DNA of 27,637 bases from a virus (lineage: Duplodnaviria > Heunggongvirae > Uroviricota > Caudoviricetes): the IMG/VR virus record IMGVR_UViG_2854395284_000002, positions 1 to 27,637 of that record, one strand, 5' to 3'. Below, piece by piece: positions 1-8,089 of this stretch. Made by a program: the position numbers and the translations under genes. The notes beneath the pieces are model-generated. The model saw only the letters and a list, made by a program, of their open reading frames with translations, had not been told where the DNA came from and did not search any database. The first letter of the stretch is position 1; each line of letters begins with the position of its first letter.

Positions 1-74
1 AGAGGATCAGTGACTTTGCCCTTTTGAGGATCAACTGGGTTGCCCTGGGACATAGAGAAAACCTTGTTGGGGAT

Positions 75-103
75 ATTATAACCTCAGATTTTCTCCATGT
101 CAA
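75..103 (-). promoter_or_regulatory. Consensus sigma70/SigA promoter firing leftward out of the window
   Basis: Minus strand reads TTGACA (103-98), a 17-bp spacer, then TATAAT (80-75), directly after the stop of the upstream gene. Confidence 0.85.
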
Positions 104-721
104 CTATCCCACTACTCTAACTTCTGCATAATACATACCTGAATTAAGAGCTTCAGAATGGTTGTCGACATAAATATCAACGCATCCACTCGGTACTCCA
201 CGATCTTCTACCGTGTAGATCTGACCGTTAATTTCTACTTCAGTTCCAAACGGTAAATCAGCCATGGCAACTGTTCTGCCAGCTACAGGATATGCACCAG
301 ATGCCGTTGGACTGCCAGCCCAAGAACCATTGCAGCTTACGCATCCACAATAGTGAGTAATTCGATATGTACCGAGACTATATCCAGAATACGATGTCGT
401 TACTGGTGATGACTCAATTGATTGGGATTGTAGAATGGGTTCAGGAACTAGAGGTACATCAGAAAGATATTCGTTGGACATATAGAACATCTGATCATCA
501 ATCTTTACTTTTGCCCAGTTGTTATCTGTAATTTCTAAAACCTCTACAGAAGATCCATACGGTAAAGCTCCGATTTTCTTTGTGTTAGTGGAATTTCCAA
601 CACGATAATTAAGACCGATGGTAGGTTCAACATATTTAGTCTCTGCATTAGCCAATGTTGGGGTGAGTAAAACGGTTAGTAGAGTTACAGTAGTTGCTAG
701 TTTTTTCTTAAAATTATTCAA
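104..721 (-). CDS. Secreted SH3b + 3D-domain cell-wall protein (lytic-transglycosylase-like)
   Basis: AGGAGG lies 9 nt before TTG at 721. Signal peptide (KKK-hydrophobic-ANA), SH3b (LNYRVGNSTNTKKIGALPYG...WAKV) and 3D domain (TASG...VAMAD...YTVEDRG...VDIY) are visible. Confidence 0.8.
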   Translation of the reverse strand: MNNFKKKLATTVTLLTVLLTPTLANAETKYVEPTIGLNYRVGNSTNTKKIGALPYGSSVEVLEITDNNWAKVKIDDQMFYMSNEYLSDVPLVPEPILQSQSIESSPVTTSYSGYSLGTYRITHYCGCVSCNGSWAGSPTASGAYPVAGRTVAMADLPFGTEVEINGQIYTVEDRGVPSGCVDIYVDNHSEALNSGMYYAEVRVVG

Positions 722-725
722 TGGT

Positions 726-965
726 TTAGACCTCCTGACTTTCATATACTTGTACTTCTTTAGCAAGCTCTGCTGTTAGTTCACCTTCATAGGTAAATTC
801 CACTGGTTTATTTAGAGCTAGTGAAAAGATACCCATAATTGATTTGGCGTCAACAACATATCTTCCAGATACAAGTGTTGCATCTCCAGGATATTTGCTG
901 ACTGTCATAACAAACGCTTTTACTTTATCAACGTTATCAAGAATGATTTGTTTTTGTAGTTTCAT
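726..965 (-). CDS. HPr-like protein lacking the His15 site
   Basis: AAGGAG precedes ATG 965. VDAKSIMGIFSL matches the HPr Ser46 motif, and the protein has no His. Confidence 0.75.
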   Translation of the reverse strand: MKLQKQIILDNVDKVKAFVMTVSKYPGDATLVSGRYVVDAKSIMGIFSLALNKPVEFTYEGELTAELAKEVQVYESQEV

Positions 966-988
966 TGTTTTGTTCTCCTTTGCATAAT

Positions 989-1189
989 TTATATTTTGCA
1001 ACAATACCCACATGAGGCATTGGTACATTCATACCATTCTTCCCATCCAGCTCCCATATATTCATATTTTTGGAACTGAGGAAGCATAATTGATCCGCAG
1101 CGTGGACAAGTTAATATTCTCTCATCCACTGCTGCACATTGAGCATCCCATGCCCAGTTTTCTTCTCTGTATTGTAGATCGTCGTCCAT
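989..1189 (-). CDS. Small Zn-ribbon protein
   Basis: CPRC...ECTNASC motif. ATG 1189 abuts the dUTPase stop. Confidence 0.55.
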   Translation of the reverse strand: MDDDLQYREENWAWDAQCAAVDERILTCPRCGSIMLPQFQKYEYMGAGWEEWYECTNASCGYCCKI

Positions 1190-1190
1190 A

Positions 1191-1946
1191 TTAGTTTTTA
1201 CCTGTACTTCCAAAGCCGCCACGACTTTTGCCGCTTAGTTCTTTAACAGTTTCGAAATGAATTTCTGGCTGTTTCTTCATGATACGGAACTGACAGATAC
1301 GATCGTTTTTATGGATAACTGTATCTTCCATAGCAATAGCTGGATATCTCCAACAGTCCTGTGGCCCACAGAACATGTTGTCAATGACCGCTTGGTGGTT
1401 ACTTTGGATAATTTTAAAATTCTTATATGTACTGCTACGTGGTACAATATGAGCTTCATATCCATCAGGAAGTTTCATTCCAACACCAAGAGAAATAAGT
1501 CTAAATTCACCTTTTTTGATGTGAACATCTTCTGCAGCTCTTAAATCAATCCAATCACCATTCTGAATTGGTGCAATCGGTTCAATGTCTGCAAAGTATT
1601 TAATTTTAATTGTTTCTGTATCCATAGTATTATTCTCCTCTTCTTTTGTTTTCTTTAGGATTTTTTGGTTCACCATAGTTTTCATAATACGATTAATTTT
1701 TCTATCAATCTCTTTTACAATCTTGTTATTACCATATTCTCTGTTGTAATAAGGAATATAGAGCTGATTATGATCTGAGTCGAACACTTGATAGAATACG
1801 TCCTGTTCTTCAATATCAATATATAGACGAAACTCAATCGTATCTTTATATACACTCCTTCGATAACAACCAAAGGCGAATCCATTCTTTCTGAGCTTAT
1901 TATTTGAGAGATCTGTTACTAATTCATAATTGTTTAAGTCAAGCAT
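1191..1946 (-). CDS. dut: Trimeric dUTPase with a ~107-aa N-terminal extension and an internal start at 1625
   Basis: Motifs WIDLRA, PRSS, VID, DRICQ and RGGFGSTG are present. GAGGAG precedes the internal ATG at 1625. Confidence 0.85.
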   Translation of the reverse strand: MLDLNNYELVTDLSNNKLRKNGFAFGCYRRSVYKDTIEFRLYIDIEEQDVFYQVFDSDHNQLYIPYYNREYGNNKIVKEIDRKINRIMKTMVNQKILKKTKEEENNTMDTETIKIKYFADIEPIAPIQNGDWIDLRAAEDVHIKKGEFRLISLGVGMKLPDGYEAHIVPRSSTYKNFKIIQSNHQAVIDNMFCGPQDCWRYPAIAMEDTVIHKNDRICQFRIMKKQPEIHFETVKELSGKSRGGFGSTGKN

Positions 1947-2617
1947 ACAGATACCTCCTTGCTTAGATATTTGAGAAAATCATCCCATTGTTTCTCAGAA
2001 TGGATAAATTCCTTACCCTTAAGCATTTTTTTACGCATCAGTTTTTTAATTGGCTCAGGCTTATATTGTTTCATTTTCTGCATATGCTCAAAGATATAAT
2101 TGGATGTAGCACGAGATATGATAAGAAATTTATCTTTTGGGACATCTTTTACAACCTGTTTATACTGTTCAAGATCAGATTCTGGTATTTCATATTTTTG
2201 TTTTGGGAGATTTCTAGTTGAGAATGGTGAAATATCTGCTCCATATGTGAATGCCTTAAGAAGTGTTGCAATATAAGAAAGGTCTTTTGGATGAAAATGA
2301 AATTCAATTTCTTCATCATTTTCCATGATATGTTTTACTGTTCCTTCTGACAATAGTTGAGGATAAAGTTCTTCGTATGGGATTTTATCTTCAATTTGAA
2401 GTTTATCTAACGCAATTGTTCTGAGAATGTTGTGACCCCTTCCAATTGATGGAATGTAAGCTACAAGATCATTTCTGCCATAATAATAGATTTGATTACC
2501 ATATTGACACTTGATATAGATATCATCTGTATCAAGATTTCCTTTATCGTCTCGTGGAAAATCATTTGTATCATGATCTAGATTAGCCATTAGACGATAT
2601 GTTCCTTTGTATTTCAT
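1934..2617 (-). CDS. Hypothetical phage protein (possible ACG start at 2632)
   Basis: 227-aa ORF in a tightly packed operon. GGAGG at 2644-2640. Confidence 0.7.
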   Translation of the reverse strand: MKYKGTYRLMANLDHDTNDFPRDDKGNLDTDDIYIKCQYGNQIYYYGRNDLVAYIPSIGRGHNILRTIALDKLQIEDKIPYEELYPQLLSEGTVKHIMENDEEIEFHFHPKDLSYIATLLKAFTYGADISPFSTRNLPKQKYEIPESDLEQYKQVVKDVPKDKFLIISRATSNYIFEHMQKMKQYKPEPIKKLMRKKMLKGKEFIHSEKQWDDFLKYLSKEVSVCLT

Positions 2618-2643
2618 TAGTGGACTTGGCGTAATATCACCTC

Positions 2644-2922
2644 CTAGTATTCTTCGTACAGTGTTTCGTTGCTAACTGGGATTTTATTCTTTTCAGCTTG
2701 TTTAACTGCTTTAAGAGCTTCTTTTCGATCAAAGAAGATCGTCTTGCCAATATTATCATAGCTGAAAAGATATGCTATTTTAGTACGTTTTTCCATGCCA
2801 CAGAACCATCTGTTTTCTTCATTAATAGTACGAATTTTAAGCTCGTATACATCGTATAAGCCCAATGTTGGCATAATTCTGGCGTAGTATAAAATGTCAT
2901 TTTTATGTAGTTGTTGTGTCAT
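2644..2922 (-). CDS. Hypothetical protein
   Basis: 92-aa ORF whose start overlaps the nrdG stop. Confidence 0.65.
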   Translation of the reverse strand: MTQQLHKNDILYYARIMPTLGLYDVYELKIRTINEENRWFCGMEKRTKIAYLFSYDNIGKTIFFDRKEALKAVKQAEKNKIPVSNETLYEEY

Positions 2923-3470
2923 TTGTTATCCTCGTATAAAATAATTTTATTTTGAGCAAGAGTTTTTTGCACATCAATTACTCGTTGATTGGATGACCCA
3001 CACCAATGTAAAGAGACATCACGTAGTTCTTTTTTATACCGACCGTCAACAATGACATCACATAAAGAGATTAGTTTTCTTGTTTGTTTCAGACGTTTAT
3101 CTCTTTCTGGATTAAAATCACCAGTTATAACAGGCCAGATTAATTGTTCAAATTTGTAGCCTGTGTATAACCATATCGTTTTATTCGGATATTGTTTTTT
3201 GATTTTTTGTGTAATATCTAATACAGTTTCAATATTAGATTCAAACATTGGATCTCCACCACTCCAAGTAATGCCACTAATATAGTCTTTTGATATTTGA
3301 TCCATAACTTCTTGTTCTGCATCATTATTAAATTCAATGCCACCGTGTGGATTCCAGGTTTGAGGATTTTGGCATTCTGAACAATGATGGCTACATCCAG
3401 ACACCCACACAACAACTCTTAGTCCGTCTCCATTATTTTGGTCTGGATATGTAATATTGTGATAATTCAT
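2919..3470 (-). CDS. nrdG: Anaerobic ribonucleotide reductase activating radical-SAM enzyme
   Basis: CSHHCSECQN (CxxxCxxC), GGDP and GSSNQRVID motifs; adjacent to nrdD. Confidence 0.95.
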   Translation of the reverse strand: MNYHNITYPDQNNGDGLRVVVWVSGCSHHCSECQNPQTWNPHGGIEFNNDAEQEVMDQISKDYISGITWSGGDPMFESNIETVLDITQKIKKQYPNKTIWLYTGYKFEQLIWPVITGDFNPERDKRLKQTRKLISLCDVIVDGRYKKELRDVSLHWCGSSNQRVIDVQKTLAQNKIILYEDNK

Positions 3471-3524
3471 ATTTCTCCTAACAGGGCTGGAAATAATACA
3501 TCCAGCCCATATAATATTTAATGA

Positions 3525-5687
3525 TTACATGCTTACCCTGTCCTTGATTTCTGCATTCTTTGCTTCGTTATAGCGAGTTTGACCGTGAACTCTTGTAAAC
3601 CCTAAGTACCCGTTCATTCTGTCGATCTTTGTAATCATTTTACTTCCACATTTTGGACAAGTATCCATTTCTACTTGCTGGTATCCACAATCTTCACAAT
3701 AACACATTGCAAGATTTACACCTTCATAGAACCCTTTATTCATTGCTCTAAGTACAAGTGTTTTAATTGCCTGTTTGTTATAGCCAAGATTATATCTACA
3801 GTATTGAATTTTCCCACCGTTAAACAGATTCCAGAATCTTCCTTCCTTATCTTGTTTTTCAATCGGATTCATATCTTCTGATACATGGCAATGGAAACTA
3901 TTGCTTACATATTCTTTGTCGGATACGTTTTCAATAATCCCATAAATTTTACGGAATTGCTCTACCTGCAAACCACAAAGTGACTCTGCGGGCGTACCGT
4001 AAATTGCATATAAAATATGGTCTTCTTCCTTGATTCTGTTTGTGTAATCATTGATATACTGCATGACCTCTAAGACAAATTGCCCATCTTCTCTAATAGA
4101 TTTTCCATTATAAAGTCTCTGAAGTTCATTCAGTGCAGTGATACCATAACTCATTGTCATTGGAGGAAGAATAGATTTAATTTTATCATCTGGATTTAGA
4201 TGTCCACCTAAAAAACCACCTTCACAGAAAGCAACCGGATTAACACTGGCATGAAGCTCTCCAATGTAATCATAGGTTCTTTTATGTAATCCACGAACAA
4301 GTTCAAGATAGTAATCTAATACTTCATAAAAATCTTTTGACTCTCTACGAGCTTTTGCAAGAATCATTGGAAGATGCAAGGAAACAACCCCAAGATTAAA
4401 TCTTCCTTTAAAAATTGGTGTATCATTTTCATCTGCTGGATGCATACCACCACGTTCATACCATGGACTAAGAAAAGCCCTACACCCCATAGGACTAACC
4501 ACTTTTTTATATTTTTTATACATTTCTGCTACATATCCATCGCCAGTTAAAGATAACCAATCCGGATACATAGTTTTTGCGCTGCAATCAATTCCTGCAT
4601 TAAACACATCTGCACTCGGATATTTATCCGATCCATCACCATGCAATTCTTTGTCATATAGAAATACGATTTTAGGGAACAATACAGGACGTTTAAATCC
4701 TTTTTTACCCTGTCCGTCCTTATGTACATTAAGAAGCGTAATTGCAGCCATTTTGCCGAATTTAGACGTAGCAAGACCAATAGTTATCGTAACGAATGGA
4801 TAATCCCCTCGACTCGAAGAAACCGAGTTCAATTTATATTCAATTCCTTGCCAACCTTGTTCAAAGTCACGATGTACTTTATTGGTTGCATATTTATCTG
4901 CTATATCATTGAGTAAATCATTATCGAATTCTGAATCTACACAAAAAGATATGTCTTTAAATTCATCAAAATATTTTCTATATGATTTTTCTGCATATGG
5001 TTCAAGAATCTTATCTGCTTCTGGAACGGTAAAACCACCATATTGTTGCGCTGCTGTTGATAAAATAATATCTCCCATAACATCAAAAGCCGTATCCAAA
5101 TAGTTTGGCTCATTATACCAAATGTTACCCATTTCAAAACCGTTTTTCATAACATCCCCTACGTTAAAAAGGCAACAATTAATCGTATCGAGTCGAGCAG
5201 ACCTATCATGGATATAAATATATCCATCTTTTGCTGCTTGTTTTTCTGCATATGTTAAAAAGAATTTTTTATATAATTCACTATTCAGCTCGTTGAAAAT
5301 CAGGCTTCGCTTCGTTGCAACAAGGGCGCTGTCTGTGTTGGCATTGCTCTTGTCTCCGATGTAGCGGATGGACTGGCTACGCTCATATACTTTATCCATC
5401 ATATGTACAAAATCTTTTTTGTAATTCCGATATTCTTTATACATTTTGGCTACTTTTGGGTAGTCTTCTTCCAATACAGCTTCGACGATATTATGCATAT
5501 CATAAATTTCGATGCTTGTATCATCATCGTAGTTTTCTTCGATTTCTTCCCAAACATCATTCAGGATTTTTTCATAGTCTTGATTACTTAGTTCAACCAT
5601 TGCTCTTCTTGCAGCTTTATTGCAAGCATCAATGATTTTTTGCTCTTGATATTCTTCAATTGTTCCATCTTTCTTTACTACTCTCAT
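3525..5687 (-). CDS. nrdD: Class III anaerobic ribonucleoside-triphosphate reductase
   Basis: N-terminal ATP cone (MRVVKKDG), SPMGCR, TPAE, C-terminal CxxC...CxxC and glycyl-radical RMNGYLG. Confidence 0.95.
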   Translation of the reverse strand: MRVVKKDGTIEEYQEQKIIDACNKAARRAMVELSNQDYEKILNDVWEEIEENYDDDTSIEIYDMHNIVEAVLEEDYPKVAKMYKEYRNYKKDFVHMMDKVYERSQSIRYIGDKSNANTDSALVATKRSLIFNELNSELYKKFFLTYAEKQAAKDGYIYIHDRSARLDTINCCLFNVGDVMKNGFEMGNIWYNEPNYLDTAFDVMGDIILSTAAQQYGGFTVPEADKILEPYAEKSYRKYFDEFKDISFCVDSEFDNDLLNDIADKYATNKVHRDFEQGWQGIEYKLNSVSSSRGDYPFVTITIGLATSKFGKMAAITLLNVHKDGQGKKGFKRPVLFPKIVFLYDKELHGDGSDKYPSADVFNAGIDCSAKTMYPDWLSLTGDGYVAEMYKKYKKVVSPMGCRAFLSPWYERGGMHPADENDTPIFKGRFNLGVVSLHLPMILAKARRESKDFYEVLDYYLELVRGLHKRTYDYIGELHASVNPVAFCEGGFLGGHLNPDDKIKSILPPMTMSYGITALNELQRLYNGKSIREDGQFVLEVMQYINDYTNRIKEEDHILYAIYGTPAESLCGLQVEQFRKIYGIIENVSDKEYVSNSFHCHVSEDMNPIEKQDKEGRFWNLFNGGKIQYCRYNLGYNKQAIKTLVLRAMNKGFYEGVNLAMCYCEDCGYQQVEMDTCPKCGSKMITKIDRMNGYLGFTRVHGQTRYNEAKNAEIKDRVSM

Positions 5688-5854
5688 TTCTCCACCTCCT
5701 CATGAATTTCTTCTTTCTTCCAAGTGTAATTGCAGCAGTTATTCATTTGCTCCAATTCTTCATCAGCACTCTTGGAAATTTTACACAACGACATTACAGT
5801 TGTGCAAAACCCAATCCCAAGAACTGCTCCAAGTACCACATAAAGTACACTCAT
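5684..5854 (-). CDS. 56-aa single-TM membrane protein (not in the ORF track; DUF3789-like by eye)
   Basis: GGAGG then ATG 5854; MSVLYVVLGAVLGIGFCTTVMSLCKISKSADEE.... Its TGA overlaps the nrdD ATG. Confidence 0.65.
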   Translation of the reverse strand: MSVLYVVLGAVLGIGFCTTVMSLCKISKSADEELEQMNNCCNYTWKKEEIHEEVEK

Positions 5855-5867
5855 TATTAGTTACCTC

Positions 5868-6065
5868 CTACCTTTTGATATATCCTTGACCACCATCTCT
5901 GCATTTAATACAGATATGGCTACAAGGCGATTCACTGTAATTTGATTGTCTTGTTACAGCTTCAATGATATATTCTCTGTCTTGTCCTTCGATTTCTACA
6001 GTAATAAAATCATCTCCCATTTGTTTTAGTGTACGGCATAGCTCGCCGCTTGTTCCAATATACAA
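5868..6065 (-). CDS. Hypothetical protein
   Basis: 65-aa ORF with an upstream GAAGG, filling the operon gap. Confidence 0.6.
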   Translation of the reverse strand: MYIGTSGELCRTLKQMGDDFITVEIEGQDREYIIEAVTRQSNYSESPCSHICIKCRDGGQGYIKR

Positions 6066-6083
6066 TGTCTAATTTTCTTCCTT

Positions 6084-6647
6084 TCATAATAGTAAATGTG
6101 CAATATCCGTCCAATTCATTAACCTCTTTCCAGCCCAATCTTTATTCCAACTATAAATATCCCCAAAACAATATTTTTCTTGAGCATTACTTGTTTCTAA
6201 CATATGTACCGAATCATCAATAAGAATGCCATCGCTCATATCTATATGTGATTTATCTTTGTATTTTTTCATATTTACACCAATAAATTCTGGATAGAAA
6301 AGATACTGATTAATCCACTGTTCTTTTTGTTTTAAGTTTGGAGAATAACCCATGCTAACAATTTTTACCTGATATACTTTTCCAAGTTCATCAATAATTT
6401 CATGTGCATCTGGCATAAATTCCAGTTCATAAAAGAATCGTGGTGTGTTAAAGTATGTATTAATGTATTCCTTAGATGTACAGGTCAATTCTTTAAAATC
6501 ATATGAGTTAATCTCCCACCAATTAACATGATGGAATTTCTTATAATATTCAAAGTCTTCGTTGTATAGGGACACAATCGTTTTGATCGTGTCCACTAGC
6601 GTATTATCGAAGTCAATATAGATCGTTTTAATATCTGGTCTATACAT
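6084..6647 (-). CDS. HAD-family 5'(3')-deoxyribonucleotidase-like protein
   Basis: IYIDFDNTL (DxDxT) and ILIDDS motifs. Confidence 0.8.
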   Translation of the reverse strand: MYRPDIKTIYIDFDNTLVDTIKTIVSLYNEDFEYYKKFHHVNWWEINSYDFKELTCTSKEYINTYFNTPRFFYELEFMPDAHEIIDELGKVYQVKIVSMGYSPNLKQKEQWINQYLFYPEFIGVNMKKYKDKSHIDMSDGILIDDSVHMLETSNAQEKYCFGDIYSWNKDWAGKRLMNWTDIAHLLL

Positions 6648-7197
6648 TGTTTTTATTCAAATCCTTTCGAATAATGTTTATCATTTTTTCTACAGAAGTT
6701 TCCAATGACCTGTCATTGAGAATACGATAATCAATTAGATTAGATTTTTCAAAATTGCTGAACGAATCATTTTCTGCAGCATAGTTCTGTTTCCATGAAT
6801 CATAGTCACCACGTTTCTTTGCACGTTCTTCTGCAGTTGTATATGGGGTTGTAATATAGATAGATACTAGACGGACATCTATATCTCTTGTTTTGAGTTT
6901 AAGTGTATATAATCCGACTGGATCAATGATATAGAAATTAGAATTTAAGATTTGCTCTTTTGTTGCAAAACTGCAATATCCAACTCGATCTGTATATGCC
7001 ACCATGTTTGGTTTATATTTTTCAACGTCATCAGGTGAAATAAAAATATGATCTGAATTATCAACTGTTTCGCCTGGTCGTATAGATCTGGTTGTATAAG
7101 ATTTAAGAACCGTCATATTTAATTTCTTAGCAGCTTCTTTGGCAATAGAGGATTTGCCAGAAGAAGTTCTGCCAAGGATACAATATAGTGTGTGCAA
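6640..7197 (-). CDS. Guanylate-kinase-like P-loop nucleotide kinase
   Basis: GRTSSGKS P-loop and SYTTRSIRPGE. TTG start after GGAGGAG. Confidence 0.8.
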   Translation of the reverse strand: MHTLYCILGRTSSGKSSIAKEAAKKLNMTVLKSYTTRSIRPGETVDNSDHIFISPDDVEKYKPNMVAYTDRVGYCSFATKEQILNSNFYIIDPVGLYTLKLKTRDIDVRLVSIYITTPYTTAEERAKKRGDYDSWKQNYAAENDSFSNFEKSNLIDYRILNDRSLETSVEKMINIIRKDLNKNNV

Positions 7198-7203
7198 AAG
7201 GAA

Positions 7204-7824
7204 TCACTCCTCTCCATGTAAACTGTAGAAGTATTCGTTATATAAATCATATCTTTTCTGAATATTTAGCCAATCCATTTCTTTGTTGTTCTCTCTGAGC
7301 CATTTCTGAAAACGGGAAAAGAATCCACACTGTGTAAATTCAGGGCATCCTGCTCTATAAATACAATTTGGAACAAGAATATTTGATTCGAGTGGATGAT
7401 TTTTATGTAATTCAATCTTAAAATCTTCCGCCAATTCTTTTGCTTCATCAGTTGCTGCTCCACATAATCTTTTTCTCCAAGAATCAATAACATTTTGCAT
7501 ATTTGCATATCCATCAAAATTAACAGGCGCATCTTGTGGTTTTCCTGATCTTGGAATATCATCTTTTAATCTATCATCTCGTTGAGTACTAATAAATTTT
7601 TCAAACTTATGTCTGCTCCATTCTGTACTAACCCAGTATGGAATTTTTTTCCACGACCAATCAAATTCAAGTAATCTAATTGGCGAATGTTCAGACACAA
7701 GTAGTTTACTCATCCATTTTTCTGTGGCATCTTTGTCAGTAAACTCTTTGTTATCTGTAGTTCTGCAATGATTTTTCACTCGTTTCCAGTCATCATTAAT
7801 CCAATTAAAAATTGTTATTCCCAT
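7204..7824 (-). CDS. thyX: Divergent flavin-dependent thymidylate synthase (ThyX-like)
   Basis: SEHSP, EWSRHK...STQR, RLCGAA..E and PNCIYRAGCPE motifs. GGAGG precedes ATG 7824. Confidence 0.7.
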   Translation of the reverse strand: MGITIFNWINDDWKRVKNHCRTTDNKEFTDKDATEKWMSKLLVSEHSPIRLLEFDWSWKKIPYWVSTEWSRHKFEKFISTQRDDRLKDDIPRSGKPQDAPVNFDGYANMQNVIDSWRKRLCGAATDEAKELAEDFKIELHKNHPLESNILVPNCIYRAGCPEFTQCGFFSRFQKWLRENNKEMDWLNIQKRYDLYNEYFYSLHGEE

Positions 7825-7826
7825 TT

Positions 7827-8072
7827 TTATACCTCCCATAATGTCATATCATTTTTAAAATTATCAAGAACTTTTTCATCATCTGTTAAAATCTCCACAT
7901 ACGCAGGTGCGTCAATCGCAACGCTTAGTACACCCATCAGAGATTTAGCATCAAGAACAAGTCTTCCGTGAATATAATTGATATCCCAATCTTTATATTC
8001 TCCACATTTAGCTACGAATAAACTTGCATTGTTTACTGTTTTAAGACAGATTTTAATTTTGCGATCATTCAT
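7827..8072 (-). CDS. Second HPr-like protein lacking His15
   Basis: LDAKSLMGVLSV Ser46-type motif; no N-terminal H-x-R-P. Confidence 0.75.
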   Translation of the reverse strand: MNDRKIKICLKTVNNASLFVAKCGEYKDWDINYIHGRLVLDAKSLMGVLSVAIDAPAYVEILTDDEKVLDNFKNDMTLWEV

Positions 8073-8089
8073 ATTTTTCACCTTCTTTC

